Source: a virus (Duplodnaviria > Heunggongvirae > Uroviricota > Caudoviricetes). Taken from it: 16,953 nt of DNA. The first letter of the stretch is position 1. Each line of letters begins with the position of its first letter. The DNA lies in IMG/VR virus record IMGVR_UViG_2529293063_000008. The stretch is one strand, 5' to 3'. The position numbers and the translations under genes are program-made. Under the pieces are notes generated by a model. It was given only the letters and a program-made list of their open reading frames with translations, searched no databases and was not told where the DNA came from. Positions 6,178 through 13,514 of the stretch are shown here, in pieces.

Positions 6178-6838
6178 TGCGCTTCTCCGCCGCATTTAAT
6201 AATGCGGTTCGATTTAAGCTCAGACATCGCGACTTAATTAAAAGCCAGCGTTCTTTATAATCTTGTCTCCAGCTATCAATAGATATATTCAGTAGAAAAC
6301 TCAGATGCCTGTCCTGTTCTCTCTCATCAACTGCCTCAGCACACGTAAGTTCTGATTTAACCTGCTGTGCCGCGTAATAAATCAATTTCCGCATGGCTTT
6401 TTTCGTGGAGGCCTTCATTTTTTTAAAGCCGCCCCCCGAATGAGCAACCAGAAAATCAAGCCATAACCACTGACAAACAATCACATCATTGTTGTAGTCA
6501 GGCTTGCATCCGTAGCAATAATAAAGCCAGGCTGATTCCTCGTTATTCAACTGACAAATAGCCCTGCGCCAGCTGGCGCTCTGAAAATCAATATCAGTGA
6601 GCAACATTGATGATTGTTTAAATGTTTTCCCCTGGTGGAATCTAACCGGCTCAGCGGGAACGGACACTTCGTATGAGTTATCATCCCCCACACTGATTGA
6701 CCGGACTGGTTTATTGTTAAACCGTCCTGATCTACCGAGACGCATCTGCTCAAGCTGGACCTCCAGAATGCCACGCTGGCGATAATGAACATCAGCCAAT
6801 GCCGTAGAGACGCAGCTGCGTATATACTCAAGCTCCAC
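6128..6838 (-). CDS. Hypothetical regulatory protein immediately downstream of cro (position of a cII- or Q-like early regulator)
   Basis: 236 aa; GTG start at 6838 overlapping the cro-like stop by 11 nt (ATG 6745 is an alternative); Cys-rich segment WLYYCYGCKPDYNNDVIVCQW. Function not assignable by eye. Confidence 0.5.
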   Translation of the reverse strand: MELEYIRSCVSTALADVHYRQRGILEVQLEQMRLGRSGRFNNKPVRSISVGDDNSYEVSVPAEPVRFHQGKTFKQSSMLLTDIDFQSASWRRAICQLNNEESAWLYYCYGCKPDYNNDVIVCQWLWLDFLVAHSGGGFKKMKASTKKAMRKLIYYAAQQVKSELTCAEAVDEREQDRHLSFLLNISIDSWRQDYKERWLLIKSRCLSLNRTALLNAAEKRSEIIKRHRAGSAILPL

Positions 6839-7049
6839 GCTTACGACTCTCCTTAATCGACTGCTTTACCCGCCGAGTTGTAAAGTCACTCTTCAGCTTG
6901 TAAGCAGTACGAACTTCAATATCGCTTTGCCGCAATGAAGGAATCTCTCCAGCGGTTAACCATTGGTAAACAGCTCCGGGTGTTACACCTACCCCTGCCG
7001 CTGCTTTTTCAACACTGCCAAAGTGGCGAATAAGTTCTTCTGGTTTCAT
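6828..7049 (-). CDS. Cro-like HTH regulator
   Basis: Start moved to ATG 7049 (MKPEELIRHFGSVEKAAAGVGVTPGAVYQWL...); HTH motif; divergent from the repressor gene across an operator-containing intergenic region. Confidence 0.65.
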   Translation of the reverse strand: MKPEELIRHFGSVEKAAAGVGVTPGAVYQWLTAGEIPSLRQSDIEVRTAYKLKSDFTTRRVKQSIKESRKRGA

Positions 7050-7080
7050 GTTGTTATTATAAACAATAAACAATAATTAA

Positions 7081-7134
7081 AGCCAGCTATAATAAATAAA
7101 TTTTATAGCCAGCTATAAGAAGATCATTTATGAT
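7081..7134. promoter_or_regulatory. Immunity-switch operator/promoter region with two operator copies
   Basis: AGCCAGCTATAA at 7081-7092 and 7109-7120; the second sits in TATAGC-CA-GCTATA with perfect 6-bp arms (7103-7116). TATGAT (7129-7134) lies 6 nt before the repressor ATG, suggesting a leaderless repressor mRNA. Confidence 0.5.
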
Positions 7135-7140
7135 TACAGT

Positions 7141-7737
7141 ATGAAAACACGAGGCGAACGACTGAAAGCACGCCGTTTAGAGATGAAGCTGACGTTGCGA
7201 GAAGTTGCTGAGGCTGTCGATATCTCTATAGCAGGCGTCCAAAACTTAGAACGTGGCGACGTAATGCCGTCACTGGAGATAGGTATTGCCCTGGCTAAGT
7301 GCTTACGCAAGCCAGTACATTGGGTGCTATATGGGACAGAATATGACCCTGATCGCATTCCTGTTATTGGCACAACTGAAAGTGGGCCTGATGAAGAGTG
7401 GAAGCCGGGACAGGTTCCAAATACTGAGCGATTCCTGCCATTCATCAGCCAGCGCAATACTGTGTATGCGTTAACTATCAGCAATCTTACGCAGGGAAAC
7501 TATCAGCCAGGCGATTTTCTCCTGGTCGATTCTGCGCTGGAACTGGTCCCCGGCGAGGATGTTCTGGTTCGTGATACTGCAGGAAATATCACTATCCAGC
7601 GCCTAGCCCGTTTTGATGATGAAAATTACTATCTGGATGGAACAAACTCACAACGCGCTATCTTCAGGAAAAGCGATCTTGAATTTGTTCACCAAATAGT
7701 CGGAACGATCAAATCATTCATGGTTGAGGGTAGATGA
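7141..7737 (+). CDS. CI-like prophage repressor (N-terminal HTH, C-terminal S24-like domain that appears to lack the catalytic lysine)
   Basis: 198 aa; HTH LTLREVAEAVDISIAGVQNLERG; C-terminal GDFLLVDS...GEDVLVR...ITIQRLAR resembles LexA/CI (GDLLAV...VTVKRL) but has Q where the catalytic K is expected. No Ala-Gly in the linker. Confidence 0.8.
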   Translation: MKTRGERLKARRLEMKLTLREVAEAVDISIAGVQNLERGDVMPSLEIGIALAKCLRKPVHWVLYGTEYDPDRIPVIGTTESGPDEEWKPGQVPNTERFLPFISQRNTVYALTISNLTQGNYQPGDFLLVDSALELVPGEDVLVRDTAGNITIQRLARFDDENYYLDGTNSQRAIFRKSDLEFVHQIVGTIKSFMVEGR

Positions 7738-7839
7738 CTTAATACGGGGTTTATTGTTTGCTGTAAATCTGGTTTAATGCAGGGCATATGTTCTGTGGGT
7801 TGACTCAGGTTACAGCAGCAGAAAAAAGACGAAAAAAAA

Positions 7840-7868
7840 CCCGAGTCGGCAAACTCGGGTCCTTTTCA
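7840..7868 (+). terminator. Intrinsic terminator downstream of the repressor gene
   Basis: CCCGAGT-CGGCAAA-ACTCGGG hairpin followed by TCCTTTTC; preceded by an A8 run, so possibly bidirectional. Confidence 0.55.
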
Positions 7869-7982
7869 GGAAGCAGCCACAGTAACGCGACGGATTCCGT
7901 CAATTCAAGATGCGTTTATTGTGGCTGCTCCTGCGGATTTTTTCAACCCGAAAAAACATAATTCGCATGGAATGGCTAAAAA

Positions 7983-10900
7983 ATGACATTAAACGATTTC
8001 TATGCGGATCGCTTTGGCAGCGATCCGTTCTCGCTAATTGAAGCAGCACGGGATGAACTAACCGAGCTGGCACAGATGGCTGGTATCAACTGGCCTGCCT
8101 GTTCCGACAACATCCAACTCAACCCTCGCGGGGGTGTTGAGCGTTACTCTTCATACAATAAAACATCTCCAGAAGCTCTCGAGAAGAGCCTCAAAGGACG
8201 CGTAGAAATTTACTCCCGGCTGGAACACAGCAAAGGGATTGATTACCCGTTCATTAACTTCGTCCATAAAGGCAGCGATGCTGGCTCATGGAGCGGTTTC
8301 TCCTTCCTGTTTTCTGAATATCGCCGTGAGCAACAACGGAATAATGCGACCGTGGTCGCACAACCGGAAGAAGAACGGGCAAGAATAGAACGTCAGGCCG
8401 AAGCACGTCGTCGCCGTGAAGAACAAAAACGAATTAATGACCTGAAAAACAACCAAATTGACCATGAACGTTTGCTGGGATGGCTGGCATTTCACAGCGC
8501 GTGGGAACATGCTCCTGCAGAAGACGGCTCATGGCCATATGCGATTAAAAAAGGTATTCGTGACGTTTTTAATTCGTGTGATGTGCGTCGCGTGACCAGT
8601 CACGACAGCGCAAAATGGAGCAGGGGGCCAACCACGTATATGGCTATCCCTCTGGCTCACCTGGACGGTCGTTACGATGGTCGTATTGTGGGTTGGCAGC
8701 GAATCGACAAACAAGGTGGAAAATACCAGACCAGCGCAGTAACCAGCGGCGATTTCGTCGGTGCCTGCTTTGTTATCGGTGAGCTGAAAGGGGCGCAAAA
8801 CATCGCTGTTACAGAAGGTTTTGCTACTGGTGCATCCATCTGGCTTGCCACGAAAAAAGATAAACGCTTTGACGCTGTGGTTGTCGCTGTATCCGCTAAC
8901 AACATGGTTCATGTTGTGGAACAACTGGTAAACATGTACCCGGCGGCAAAAATCACCTGCGCACTGGATAATGACCGGAAATCTGCCACAGAAGGAAAAG
9001 GGAATACCGGCCTGCGGACTGGCTATGAAATCTTATCGAAATTCAACGATGTCCGCTGCGTCTATCCAACTTTTGAAGACGATCCGCAAATGGAGTGCAG
9101 TGACTTCAACGACCTGCACAAACTACGTGGACTTCGTGAAACAGCACGTCAACTATTTGCAACAGCAAACCGCCTGAAAACTGGTACTGATTTGCTATCT
9201 CTGACGCTCAACCGCCTGAAGACAATTAAGCGGGATAACCGTCGTACTTTTGCCAAAGAGCTGCTGAGAGCGGTGGATATTGGCATGCTAACCTGTCCGG
9301 TTCCTAACAGTCCGTCAGATTTATTTAACATGTTCTGCATCGTTCTGCGTGAAATGGGACTGGAAAATATCTATCGCGCTACGGTAAAAGACCACATTGC
9401 CCGTCGCCTGAATAAAAAGTGCCGTATTGCCCAGGCTCCGCGCTCTTTCAGCGAACGCATAACTGATCCCAATAAACGCCCTCAACATATCACATATAAG
9501 CGTTTTGAAACTTCGGTAATGACCGATGATGTCCTGAAGTACGTGCAATCACTACAGGGGATAGTCATCGTCCGTGCTGGTATGGGTTCCGGCAAATCTA
9601 CTGGATTGTTACGACCGTTAATGCATAGCTCAGAACGTGGTATCTCTGTTGCTCACCGTGTCTCCCTTATTGGCGGCCTGTGGGAAATGATGACAGAAGG
9701 AAAAGGTGTAAAAGCCGATATCCTGCACTATCAGGATCCTGGCTATCAGGAAATAGCTCCATACGCCAGTAAACTGACCATCTGCATAAACTCGATTGTT
9801 AAAAACTGCTGGCAACCGTTGATGCGCCAGCACGACTATTTTGGCTTTGACGAGGCCACACAAGGGCTACGTGCCGTTCTTTCCGGTCGGGCTATGGAAA
9901 ACCCGGTGGCTGTATTCAATACGCTAATTGACGCGCTGGCCAGAACAGAACAACACCCAATCATGGTGGATGCTGATGCGAATGATCTGCTGGTTGACCT
10001 GGCTGAACTGGCTATGAAACGCCGTGAAGAACTAGGTTTACCGGCATGGCTGCAGATCCACGTAATTGAATTACCTGTTGATGTTCGCAACCGCGAAACA
10101 GGTGAGCCAATCCGGGTTTTTTATACAGAAAAAGATCGCATCATGACCGAGGTGGTGAAAGCTGTATCGGATGGCGAAAAAATCATGTTGGCCACCGACA
10201 GCTCCACCTTTGCAGAAGATGTGACAGCCACCCTGAGAATGCATTTTCCTGGTAAGAAATTTCTGTGTGTAAACCAGAAAAACAAACCAGAGCCAGAAGT
10301 TGAAGCATTTACCAATCAACCGAAAAAGATGGTCAAAAAATACGACGGCCTGATTTATAGCCCGTCTATTTCATCCGGCGTGTCGATTGAGCAAAAACAT
10401 TTTGACCGTCATTTCGGCATGTTCTGTGGTGAAGTTGTACCCAGCGACGCAGTGCAAATGCTACGCCGCGACCGTACAGCAAAAGAATTTATTATCGGCT
10501 TTGATAAAGCTCGTGCAAAACGTGAAACTGACCCGCAAAAAATAGAACGAGCATTCGCCCAGGCATTGCTTGCTACCGCAGGTATGAACGGTGAACTGAC
10601 GGATGTCGTTTTCGATGGCGACCGTATATCAATGGGGGTGGCCAATACCGACTTTACCAGGATGAAAATTAAAGCAGCCGCTATTGAAGCGACTGCGCGT
10701 AACGACTACGCCAGCAACATGATCTGCATCATGCACAGCGACGGTTATAAGGTATCGCCGCTGGCCACCGATTATGCTGCGAATGATATCGGTAAAGAGC
10801 TGCGTAAAGAAGCGCGGGATATTGTGTGGGAACAGACACTGGATCTGCATCTCAATACAGAAACTCCACAAGAATCAGAGCGTGAAGAACTGCTAAAAAA

Positions 10901-11978
10901 ACGCGCGCTGACGCTTGAAGAACAGGCAAAACTTGTCCGCTGGGATATTGAAAACGAACTGAAACTACCGGTTGAAGAAGGCACGCTGAAATTCTATTTC
11001 GATGGTGCTCGAGACAAAGTTCGCCGCTATGAAACAATGCTTTTAGATGAGGTAACAGCTCGTCGTTACGACCGGGAAGAAGCAGCCATCAATTTTACCT
11101 ACGCATACCGTCAGGCGGGACAGTGGCAATATTTTGTAGTGACCGCGATGACTCGCGAGCAGGCTGATGATGTCTTTAAAACTAAATTCCCTGGAATAAT
11201 CGATCACAAGGTAAAAGCTACTCCTACTGTTGAAGTCGGGGCGCGCGGTTTCTATGCGCTTAAATCAGCAACTCTCCGGCAGTACTTTATCGACTGCGGT
11301 ATCAACCCTGAGACTATGACCGGCGAGGCGACTCAGGAGCGTCTCAAATTTGCTCGAGATAACCTCATGACAGCCGAACGCCGTGACCTGTTGAATAACG
11401 TTCTGCACATTGGTGGTTTTATGACGCCAAAAGGGAAGCCTAAAGTGCCGGAAGCGTTGTTTAAAAACATTTGCGACTCTCTTGGCCTTAAAACAGGTAA
11501 ACGTCGCGGCAGAGACGGCGATAAGCGTCCAACCTTGCGTTTTGTTGAGCCTGAATCAGCGGCATTTATGCTGGATATTCTTGCTCAGCGTCAGAAAGAT
11601 GGCCTAACCCTGAAAACGCGTAAAGCCGAGAAGACCGCCATCGAAATGGATCGCGATTTGGATCTCAATATATATATGGATGATAAAACGCGATCCACAA
11701 ACGAGCAGGTTCAAAACGCCCCTCATTCAGTAATTTCTGAGGCTTTGGCTGTGTTGCCAGTGGTTGTACCTGAGTCCTGGGCGATGAGTGCGCTTTCCGG
11801 TGAGGAGCTGGCCACTATGTCATCATGGTCATCAGCCAGCATAGCTATGACGTTTGCATCTCTGTACCTCACAGAGTTCATGGATCACTTATCCAGCAAT
11901 GAACTGCGGCGGTTACGTGAATACATTACCGGGAATAGCCCATGCAGCTACGAAGAGCAGGGCGCTTTCTATGGGTAA
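7983..11978 (+). CDS. repA: Multidomain replication protein: primase (TOPRIM) fused to a P-loop helicase/NTPase, N15 RepA-like
   Basis: 1331 aa; TOPRIM-like IAVTEGFATGASIWLA ... ITCALDND; Walker A VRAGMGSGKST; size matches my memory of N15 RepA. Confidence 0.85.
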   Translation: MTLNDFYADRFGSDPFSLIEAARDELTELAQMAGINWPACSDNIQLNPRGGVERYSSYNKTSPEALEKSLKGRVEIYSRLEHSKGIDYPFINFVHKGSDAGSWSGFSFLFSEYRREQQRNNATVVAQPEEERARIERQAEARRRREEQKRINDLKNNQIDHERLLGWLAFHSAWEHAPAEDGSWPYAIKKGIRDVFNSCDVRRVTSHDSAKWSRGPTTYMAIPLAHLDGRYDGRIVGWQRIDKQGGKYQTSAVTSGDFVGACFVIGELKGAQNIAVTEGFATGASIWLATKKDKRFDAVVVAVSANNMVHVVEQLVNMYPAAKITCALDNDRKSATEGKGNTGLRTGYEILSKFNDVRCVYPTFEDDPQMECSDFNDLHKLRGLRETARQLFATANRLKTGTDLLSLTLNRLKTIKRDNRRTFAKELLRAVDIGMLTCPVPNSPSDLFNMFCIVLREMGLENIYRATVKDHIARRLNKKCRIAQAPRSFSERITDPNKRPQHITYKRFETSVMTDDVLKYVQSLQGIVIVRAGMGSGKSTGLLRPLMHSSERGISVAHRVSLIGGLWEMMTEGKGVKADILHYQDPGYQEIAPYASKLTICINSIVKNCWQPLMRQHDYFGFDEATQGLRAVLSGRAMENPVAVFNTLIDALARTEQHPIMVDADANDLLVDLAELAMKRREELGLPAWLQIHVIELPVDVRNRETGEPIRVFYTEKDRIMTEVVKAVSDGEKIMLATDSSTFAEDVTATLRMHFPGKKFLCVNQKNKPEPEVEAFTNQPKKMVKKYDGLIYSPSISSGVSIEQKHFDRHFGMFCGEVVPSDAVQMLRRDRTAKEFIIGFDKARAKRETDPQKIERAFAQALLATAGMNGELTDVVFDGDRISMGVANTDFTRMKIKAAAIEATARNDYASNMICIMHSDGYKVSPLATDYAANDIGKELRKEARDIVWEQTLDLHLNTETPQESEREELLKKRALTLEEQAKLVRWDIENELKLPVEEGTLKFYFDGARDKVRRYETMLLDEVTARRYDREEAAINFTYAYRQAGQWQYFVVTAMTREQADDVFKTKFPGIIDHKVKATPTVEVGARGFYALKSATLRQYFIDCGINPETMTGEATQERLKFARDNLMTAERRDLLNNVLHIGGFMTPKGKPKVPEALFKNICDSLGLKTGKRRGRDGDKRPTLRFVEPESAAFMLDILAQRQKDGLTLKTRKAEKTAIEMDRDLDLNIYMDDKTRSTNEQVQNAPHSVISEALAVLPVVVPESWAMSALSGEELATMSSWSSASIAMTFASLYLTEFMDHLSSNELRRLREYITGNSPCSYEEQGAFYG
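8345..8360. repeat. Centromere-like palindrome, copy 3 (inside repA coding sequence)
   Basis: TGCGACCGTGGTCGCA exact; encodes ...NATVVAQ... within repA. Confidence 0.5.
8592..8603. repeat. Palindrome GTGACCAGTCAC (copy 2, inside repA)
   Basis: Flanked as CGTGACCAGTCACG; same family as 3353-3364 and 13196-13215. Confidence 0.35.
11648..11696. other. Candidate internal replication origin within the 3' part of repA
   Basis: 8-bp inverted repeat GGATCGCG / CGCGATCC (11648-11655, 11689-11696) flanks the AT-rich TCAATATATATATGGATGATAAAA and includes three GATC sites. I recall the N15 ori mapping inside the 3' part of repA. Confidence 0.3.
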
Positions 11979-12162
11979 TCAGTGGATATTATCTTTGTGT
12001 CTCTTGCTTTGTGTGTTCCAGCAATGGTTTTGGTTCATAGATCGAAAGTCTCACAAGGAAAACATGAAGGCCAGGAAGGCGATGTTTCGTGGTGAACAAC
12101 TCGCGCAGACTTATCGTATGTGGAAACGTTTCTATCGTGATTTTTCGGTGAACGGGGAGTAA
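11971..12162 (+). CDS. Possible small membrane protein overlapping the repA stop (63 aa)
   Basis: ATG 11971 in a different frame from repA (8-nt overlap, ATGGGTAA); hydrophobic WILSLCLLLCVFQQWFWFI then basic tail; weak SD. Confidence 0.25.
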   Translation: MGNQWILSLCLLLCVFQQWFWFIDRKSHKENMKARKAMFRGEQLAQTYRMWKRFYRDFSVNGE

Positions 12163-12166
12163 AAAT

Positions 12167-12493
12167 ATGTCTACTACTGCATTTTTGGACAAACTTGATT
12201 ACCGTCAGCTGCAGTTTTGCCGGGATGAATGCGATCGACGCATTAAGGCTATCCAGGAGGAAGAAAAAAAGGTTGCCTGGGCTGTAACAGATCGTGGCCT
12301 TATCTTTGGCTGGTTCCGTACGGAGGATTATCTGAAAGCAGTGGAATTATTGGCGCGTGAGGCTGCTGAGCGTTGGGAACGAGCCGACAAGGAAAACCCG
12401 GAGACGAAATATGAACTGAATCTCTACATCGAGGGCAACCGTCTACCATTGTCAGAGTATAACGCTTTGTTTGCTGATGGTGAGTGGGGTTAA
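12167..12493 (+). CDS. Hypothetical protein (108 aa)
   Basis: ATG 12167 with SD GGGGAG 7 nt upstream; no recognisable motif. Confidence 0.55.
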   Translation: MSTTAFLDKLDYRQLQFCRDECDRRIKAIQEEEKKVAWAVTDRGLIFGWFRTEDYLKAVELLAREAAERWERADKENPETKYELNLYIEGNRLPLSEYNALFADGEWG

Positions 12494-12495
12494 AA

Positions 12496-12891
12496 ATGGC
12501 TGTTCAATCATACAAATACGAATCCCCTTTGGATAAGGGATACATTCGTATCAAGTTAAGTCGTTCTCAGCATAAGGCTATTTTTAAGGTAAGGAAAATT
12601 CGCATATTGGATGCGTATGCGTATTACTACAACGGTGAAAATGTTGTTGTTGAACACTTTCTTGCACGATGGTTTGTAGCTCTGATTTTTGTCCCTCTCC
12701 TGTTAATTGGTACTTTTGTGGATGGTTTTCCTAGTACATGGCGGGAGATAAAGAAAGGCCTATTCCCGCGTAAGTACGGCGGATTTTCGCAAGATAGCTG
12801 GCGAGTTATACCTGGTAAACATTCTGTGGATGAGCAGCCGATTGTTGATTCCTGGTTGAAGCGTATGGCTGATGCTAAAAAAGTTGATTGA
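12496..12891 (+). CDS. Hypothetical protein with one predicted TM segment (131 aa)
   Basis: ATG 12496, 2 nt after the upstream stop (longest ORF starts GTG 12484); hydrophobic WFVALIFVPLLLIGTFV. Confidence 0.5.
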   Translation: MAVQSYKYESPLDKGYIRIKLSRSQHKAIFKVRKIRILDAYAYYYNGENVVVEHFLARWFVALIFVPLLLIGTFVDGFPSTWREIKKGLFPRKYGGFSQDSWRVIPGKHSVDEQPIVDSWLKRMADAKKVD

Positions 12892-12909
12892 GTTGTGGAA
12901 GGAGTATTT

Positions 12910-13134
12910 ATGAACTGTAACAAAAATGAAGAAACTCGCCTGGTTTGGACGGTAGTAATCGGAGATAAAAAGGGCGGTGAAGAGCCTCATTTTGATTATT
13001 CTGTGGCTTTGCAGGCTCTCATCCTTGAAGCACAGGGATACCAACAAGAGATGCAGAAGAACCCTCAACTGGAACCTCGACCAATTGGCCTATTCTGCGA
13101 GCGAGTATCAGCGGCGGAACTCCCTGATATCTGA
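12910..13134 (+). CDS. Hypothetical protein (74 aa)
   Basis: ATG 12910 with strong SD AAGGAG 6 nt upstream (longest ORF starts GTG 12895). Confidence 0.5.
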   Translation: MNCNKNEETRLVWTVVIGDKKGGEEPHFDYSVALQALILEAQGYQQEMQKNPQLEPRPIGLFCERVSAAELPDI

Positions 13135-13195
13135 TGCCCTCCAACAGCTGATCAGGTTCTGATCAGTTAGTAAAGCAAACTATAAAAACACCTGT

Positions 13196-13215
13196 CCCCG
13201 TGACTGGTCACGGGG
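13196..13215. repeat. Perfect hairpin-forming palindrome CCCCGTGA-CTGG-TCACGGGG (GTGACYRGTCAC family, copy 3)
   Basis: 8-bp GC-rich arms with a 4-nt loop; lies 20 bp upstream of a candidate promoter for the antisense-RNA/antirepressor operon. Confidence 0.45.
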
Positions 13216-13235
13216 TAAAATGTCTTTTCAAATTA

Positions 13236-13265
13236 TTGACGTGTGCGTCGTTTTGACGGTAAAGT
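13236..13265 (+). promoter_or_regulatory. Candidate sigma70 promoter of the antirepressor (immI-like) operon
   Basis: TTGACG (13236-13241), 18-nt spacer, TAAAGT (13260-13265). Confidence 0.3.
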
Positions 13266-13378
13266 TACTTCGCTGCGGTAAATCCCGTAGCCGGGACTCT
13301 CAACCCCGAAATCCGAACGACGCACAACACGCGCCAGCGTGTTTTTTTGTGTGTATGAGCCTGCGCATATCCGAATTA

Positions 13379-13460
13379 TGGTGGCTCAGGTGGGGCAGCC
13401 GAAAGGCTGGCCGGTGTCGTTTGGGCCGGTGTTGAGAACCCCGCTTGGGCTACCACCCCA
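13379..13460 (+). ncRNA. Candidate c4-type antisense RNA (P1 c4 / N15 CA RNA analogue); boundaries approximate
   Basis: About 80-nt GC-rich segment closed by GGTGG (13380-13384) / CCACC (13453-13457) with internal hairpins. Loop GGTGTTGAGAACCCC (13428-13442) is complementary to ACTCTCAACCCC (13296-13307) and ATTCTCAACTC (13466-13476), which flank it upstream of the icd-like start. Confidence 0.4.
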
Positions 13461-13514
13461 TAGAGATTCTCAACTCTGGTGGTAGCACTGTTTTACCAAA
13501 CAAGAGTGCATACC

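Noticed and set aside
6547-7484. Antisense and alternative-frame ORFs within the 236-aa early gene, the cro-like gene and the repressor gene (6547-6831, 6597-6785, 7134-7484, 7286-7474).
   Set aside because: They overlap better-supported genes on the opposite strand or in another frame and have no translation signals.
8286-11037. Numerous minus-strand ORFs of 61-131 aa inside the repA gene (e.g. 8529-8924, 9836-10090, 10071-10319).
   Set aside because: They are antisense to a 1331-aa ORF with clear primase and helicase motifs, lack SD sequences and have low-complexity translations; treated as spurious.
11854-12162. Long version (102 aa) of the ORF overlapping the repA 3' end.
   Set aside because: Its first 39 codons overlap repA in another frame without an RBS; only the portion from ATG 11971 is retained, and at low confidence.
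13220-13435. Plus-strand 71-aa ORF spanning the antirepressor control region.
   Set aside because: It overlaps the candidate promoter, target site and structured RNA; the translation is Arg/Cys-rich and low complexity. The region is better explained as non-coding regulatory RNA, though this is not proven.
13379-13460. Possibility that the tRNA-like segment is a genuine tRNA gene.
   Set aside because: The canonical invariant positions (U8, A14, G18-G19, T-loop TTCRA) are not present when the acceptor-like stem is aligned; a processed antisense RNA is more consistent.
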